Source: an uncultured Halobacteriales archaeon (lineage in GTDB: Archaea; Thermoplasmatota; E2; JACPAO01; JAHFTW01). From it: DNA of 64,000 nt. This document shows, in pieces, positions 61,993-64,000 of this stretch. The position numbers were made by a program, and so were the translations under genes. A model generated the notes under the pieces. It saw only the letters and a program-made list of their open reading frames with translations. It was not told the DNA's origin and searched no databases. Within the stretch, counting starts at the first letter, position 1. Every line of letters begins with the position of its first letter. Location: contig CAZXUC010000004.1 of the NCBI GenBank assembly GCA_964643795.1, forward strand, positions 38,526 to 102,525, given 5' to 3'.

Positions 61993-62817
61993 TCATACCG
62001 GCACCCCGAAGAAGATGGTCGTGGCGCCGGTCATGCCGACCCAGCGAATGTAGACGTCCGTCAAGGCGACCGAGAAGAGGCTCGCCATGGCCCAGAAGGC
62101 GTGCCTCTGGTTGAGGCGGGTGACGTACTGCCAGAACGTGTAGCGCGTTTGGCTGACGGCGTCGCAACTGAAGCAGTCGAGGCTGCCGCCTACGAGGTGG
62201 CGGAAGGAGTTGCAGCCGAACGTGAAGGCGGCGAGGAGGACCACATTCACGACCATGATGACGTTGCCCAGGCCGAAGTAGAGGCCGTGCGGAGTCCAGA
62301 TGCCGCGTAGCGCGTCGTAGGCGAGGAAGAAGGTGACGATGATGGCGAGGTAGAGGAAGTAGCGGTGCAGGTTCTGGAAGATCATGAGGCCGCGCTCGCC
62401 GCGGTACTTTTGGCCTTTGAACGCCTCGACGGAGCAGTTGGCGGGGCGGGCGACGAAGGCGCGGTAGTACGCCTTGCGGTAATAGTAGCACGTGAAGCGG
62501 AAACCCGCGGGGATGGGGAGGATTAGGAAAGCGGGGTTGGCGAGGAACACGCCGACGACGGGAATGCCCATCAGGAAGCCGGGGATGAGGAACGTGAGGT
62601 CGGGCGTGCCGAACGGGGACAGGTAGTGGTAGTCGCCGTTGTCGACGTGGAAGTACCTGGTCGCCTCCGTGTTGCCTTCGAAGATGCGCCAGGTCGCGTA
62701 GACGACGAATCCGCCGAGGATGAGGATGATAAGTAGCGGCTGAACCCACCAGAAGTCATTGCGCTGGGTGGTCAGGAACCCCTTCGCGTGCGCCAGCTTG
62801 GCCCCCGATTCCGCCAT
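61993..62817 (-). CDS. sdhC: Succinate dehydrogenase membrane anchor (single large cytochrome-b-like subunit)
   Basis: 5-6 TM helices, first gene of the sdhC-A-B order. Start at MAESGAKL (62817). Assignment rests mainly on position and topology. Confidence 0.55.
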   Translation of the reverse strand: MAESGAKLAHAKGFLTTQRNDFWWVQPLLIILILGGFVVYATWRIFEGNTEATRYFHVDNGDYHYLSPFGTPDLTFLIPGFLMGIPVVGVFLANPAFLILPIPAGFRFTCYYYRKAYYRAFVARPANCSVEAFKGQKYRGERGLMIFQNLHRYFLYLAIIVTFFLAYDALRGIWTPHGLYFGLGNVIMVVNVVLLAAFTFGCNSFRHLVGGSLDCFSCDAVSQTRYTFWQYVTRLNQRHAFWAMASLFSVALTDVYIRWVGMTGATTIFFGVPV

Positions 62818-62874
62818 GGACGAGCCGCGCCACTCCACGGACCATTAAGGCACTTTTGCAGCCCTCGCGCGCCC

Positions 62875-63996
62875 TCATTTCGACTTGCGGAACGCGGCGC
62901 CCGCGATCTGGTCCGATAAGAGCTTGACGCCGATGGTGACGAGGCCGACGGCGGCGATGACGCCCACGACGATGAGTTTGAGGGCCATCTCGGGCGGGTC
63001 GGGTCGGCGCACGATGGATTGCGCCGGGTAGACCTTGTTCGGGTTGACGATATCCTTGCGGCAGGATTGGTAATCGTCGTAGGCCTGCGCCCCGAATGTG
63101 ACGTTCTCCCACCACATGTTGAGCTCGAATTCCTCCGGCGGCTGCAGTTCGACGGTGATGGTGTACCCACCCAGGGCGACCTTGCCGGAGACCTGGATTC
63201 CATAGATGCCGAAGGCCGTGAGCGGCAAGTCGAGGGTCGCCGTGTCGTCGGCCAGAAGGGCGGGCGCCAACGTCACGTTCAGGACCTCGTTGCTCGCCGG
63301 GTCGCGCACGGAGAACGTGAATTCATTCATCCCGGCCGGGGCGGTTGCGGTCGTGGCAATCTCGATGTGGGCGTTGCCGCCGAACTTGATGTTGTTGAAT
63401 TGATGGTGGGCTCCGAACGCCTCGCTGGGTGCCCCGACCGGGACCGGAGTGCCATACGAACTAAACGTATGCGTCCTCGTGCGGGGCGGCGCCTCCGGGC
63501 GACTTTCTACCCGCAGATGCATTTCAATGTCATTGGGCGCAGCCTCGCCCAGGATGGCTCTCGTCGCATTGTCGCGGGTGCCTTCGGAGGAGATGTAGAG
63601 GCTTCCCAGCAGTTTGGGGGCCTCGCGGTCCGCGTCAAGGTACGCCAGGGGCTCCGGAGGTTGGGGAAGCGTCGGATCAAACTGGGCGCTCACCGGGTCG
63701 AAGTACCTGGCGCCGTTGGATCGCATCGTGGCGTTTCCGATGGCTACCAAGTCGGCCACCACGGTTGGTTGGCCGGAGTGCTCGACGGGAGTATCGTATG
63801 CGTACCCGAGGGTGCCGTTTGGCTGGACGAAGTTCTCCACCGAGAACTGCACCGGGGTGACGTTGTCGTACCTGGCCTCGACGAGGATGCGACCGTTGGG
63901 CGTGCCCGGATGCATCATGACGAACGCGCATGCGCGCATCGGGAGCCCCCCTGCGCCGTCGGCGCCCATGCCCAACATGATGGATTCGGTGTCCAA
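62875..63996 (-). CDS. Extracellular protein with C-terminal TM anchor; N-terminus may lie beyond the window edge
   Basis: 373-aa ORF with C-terminal LKLIVVGVIAAVGLVTIGVKLL + basic stop-transfer. No recognisable catalytic motif. Confidence 0.4.
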   Translation of the reverse strand: MDTESIMLGMGADGAGGLPMRACAFVMMHPGTPNGRILVEARYDNVTPVQFSVENFVQPNGTLGYAYDTPVEHSGQPTVVADLVAIGNATMRSNGARYFDPVSAQFDPTLPQPPEPLAYLDADREAPKLLGSLYISSEGTRDNATRAILGEAAPNDIEMHLRVESRPEAPPRTRTHTFSSYGTPVPVGAPSEAFGAHHQFNNIKFGGNAHIEIATTATAPAGMNEFTFSVRDPASNEVLNVTLAPALLADDTATLDLPLTAFGIYGIQVSGKVALGGYTITVELQPPEEFELNMWWENVTFGAQAYDDYQSCRKDIVNPNKVYPAQSIVRRPDPPEMALKLIVVGVIAAVGLVTIGVKLLSDQIAGAAFRKSK

Positions 63997-64000
63997 GACT

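Overview
Visibly GC-rich archaeal chromosomal fragment. Archaeal markers are an initiator tRNA with an A1:U72 pair, a TBP-like gene, 20S proteasome subunits, an archaeal-type AlaRS and a Csa3-like regulator. Proteins are not acid-shifted, so this is probably not a haloarchaeon; the lineage is otherwise unresolved. The window has three parts. (i) 1-4.1 kb: toxin-antitoxin (TA) cassettes and small membrane proteins, including a RelE-like cassette bracketed by a 67-bp direct repeat and a wHTH/Panacea-like/MazF triple. (ii) About 4.15-35.5 kb: a ~31-kb integrase-associated defence island lying against the 3' side of tRNA-iMet(CAT). It carries a GmrSD-type type IV restriction enzyme and a PUA-like gene coupled to a TBP paralogue broken by an in-frame TAG. 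It also carries a tightly coupled RmuC-SNF2-OLD-Mod-Res operon (a type III R-M core) and an AddB/AddA-like helicase-nuclease pair headed by an orphan Csa3-type CARF-wHTH regulator and a small acidic ORF. The rest of the island is a type IV CBASS (TGT-like, CD-NTase, 2TM effector, QueC-like), a HEPN-like protein, an Mrr-STAND (Avs-like) NTPase and a REase/NDT-TIR-like fusion. (iii) 35.6-64 kb: core genes (korA/korB, M61 peptidase, proteasome beta/alpha, RecJ-like, alaS, msrA, GT-C-like membrane proteins, sdhCAB). This part is interspersed with three more TA pairs, MITE-like elements, an sdhB gene fragment and unusual 'tandem-word' palindromes. The best candidates for something undescribed are the Csa3-like/acidic ORF/AddAB-like module placed back-to-back with the CBASS, and the five-gene coupled RmuC-SNF2-OLD-type III R-M operon. 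All functional calls rest on motif reading by eye; no database search was run.
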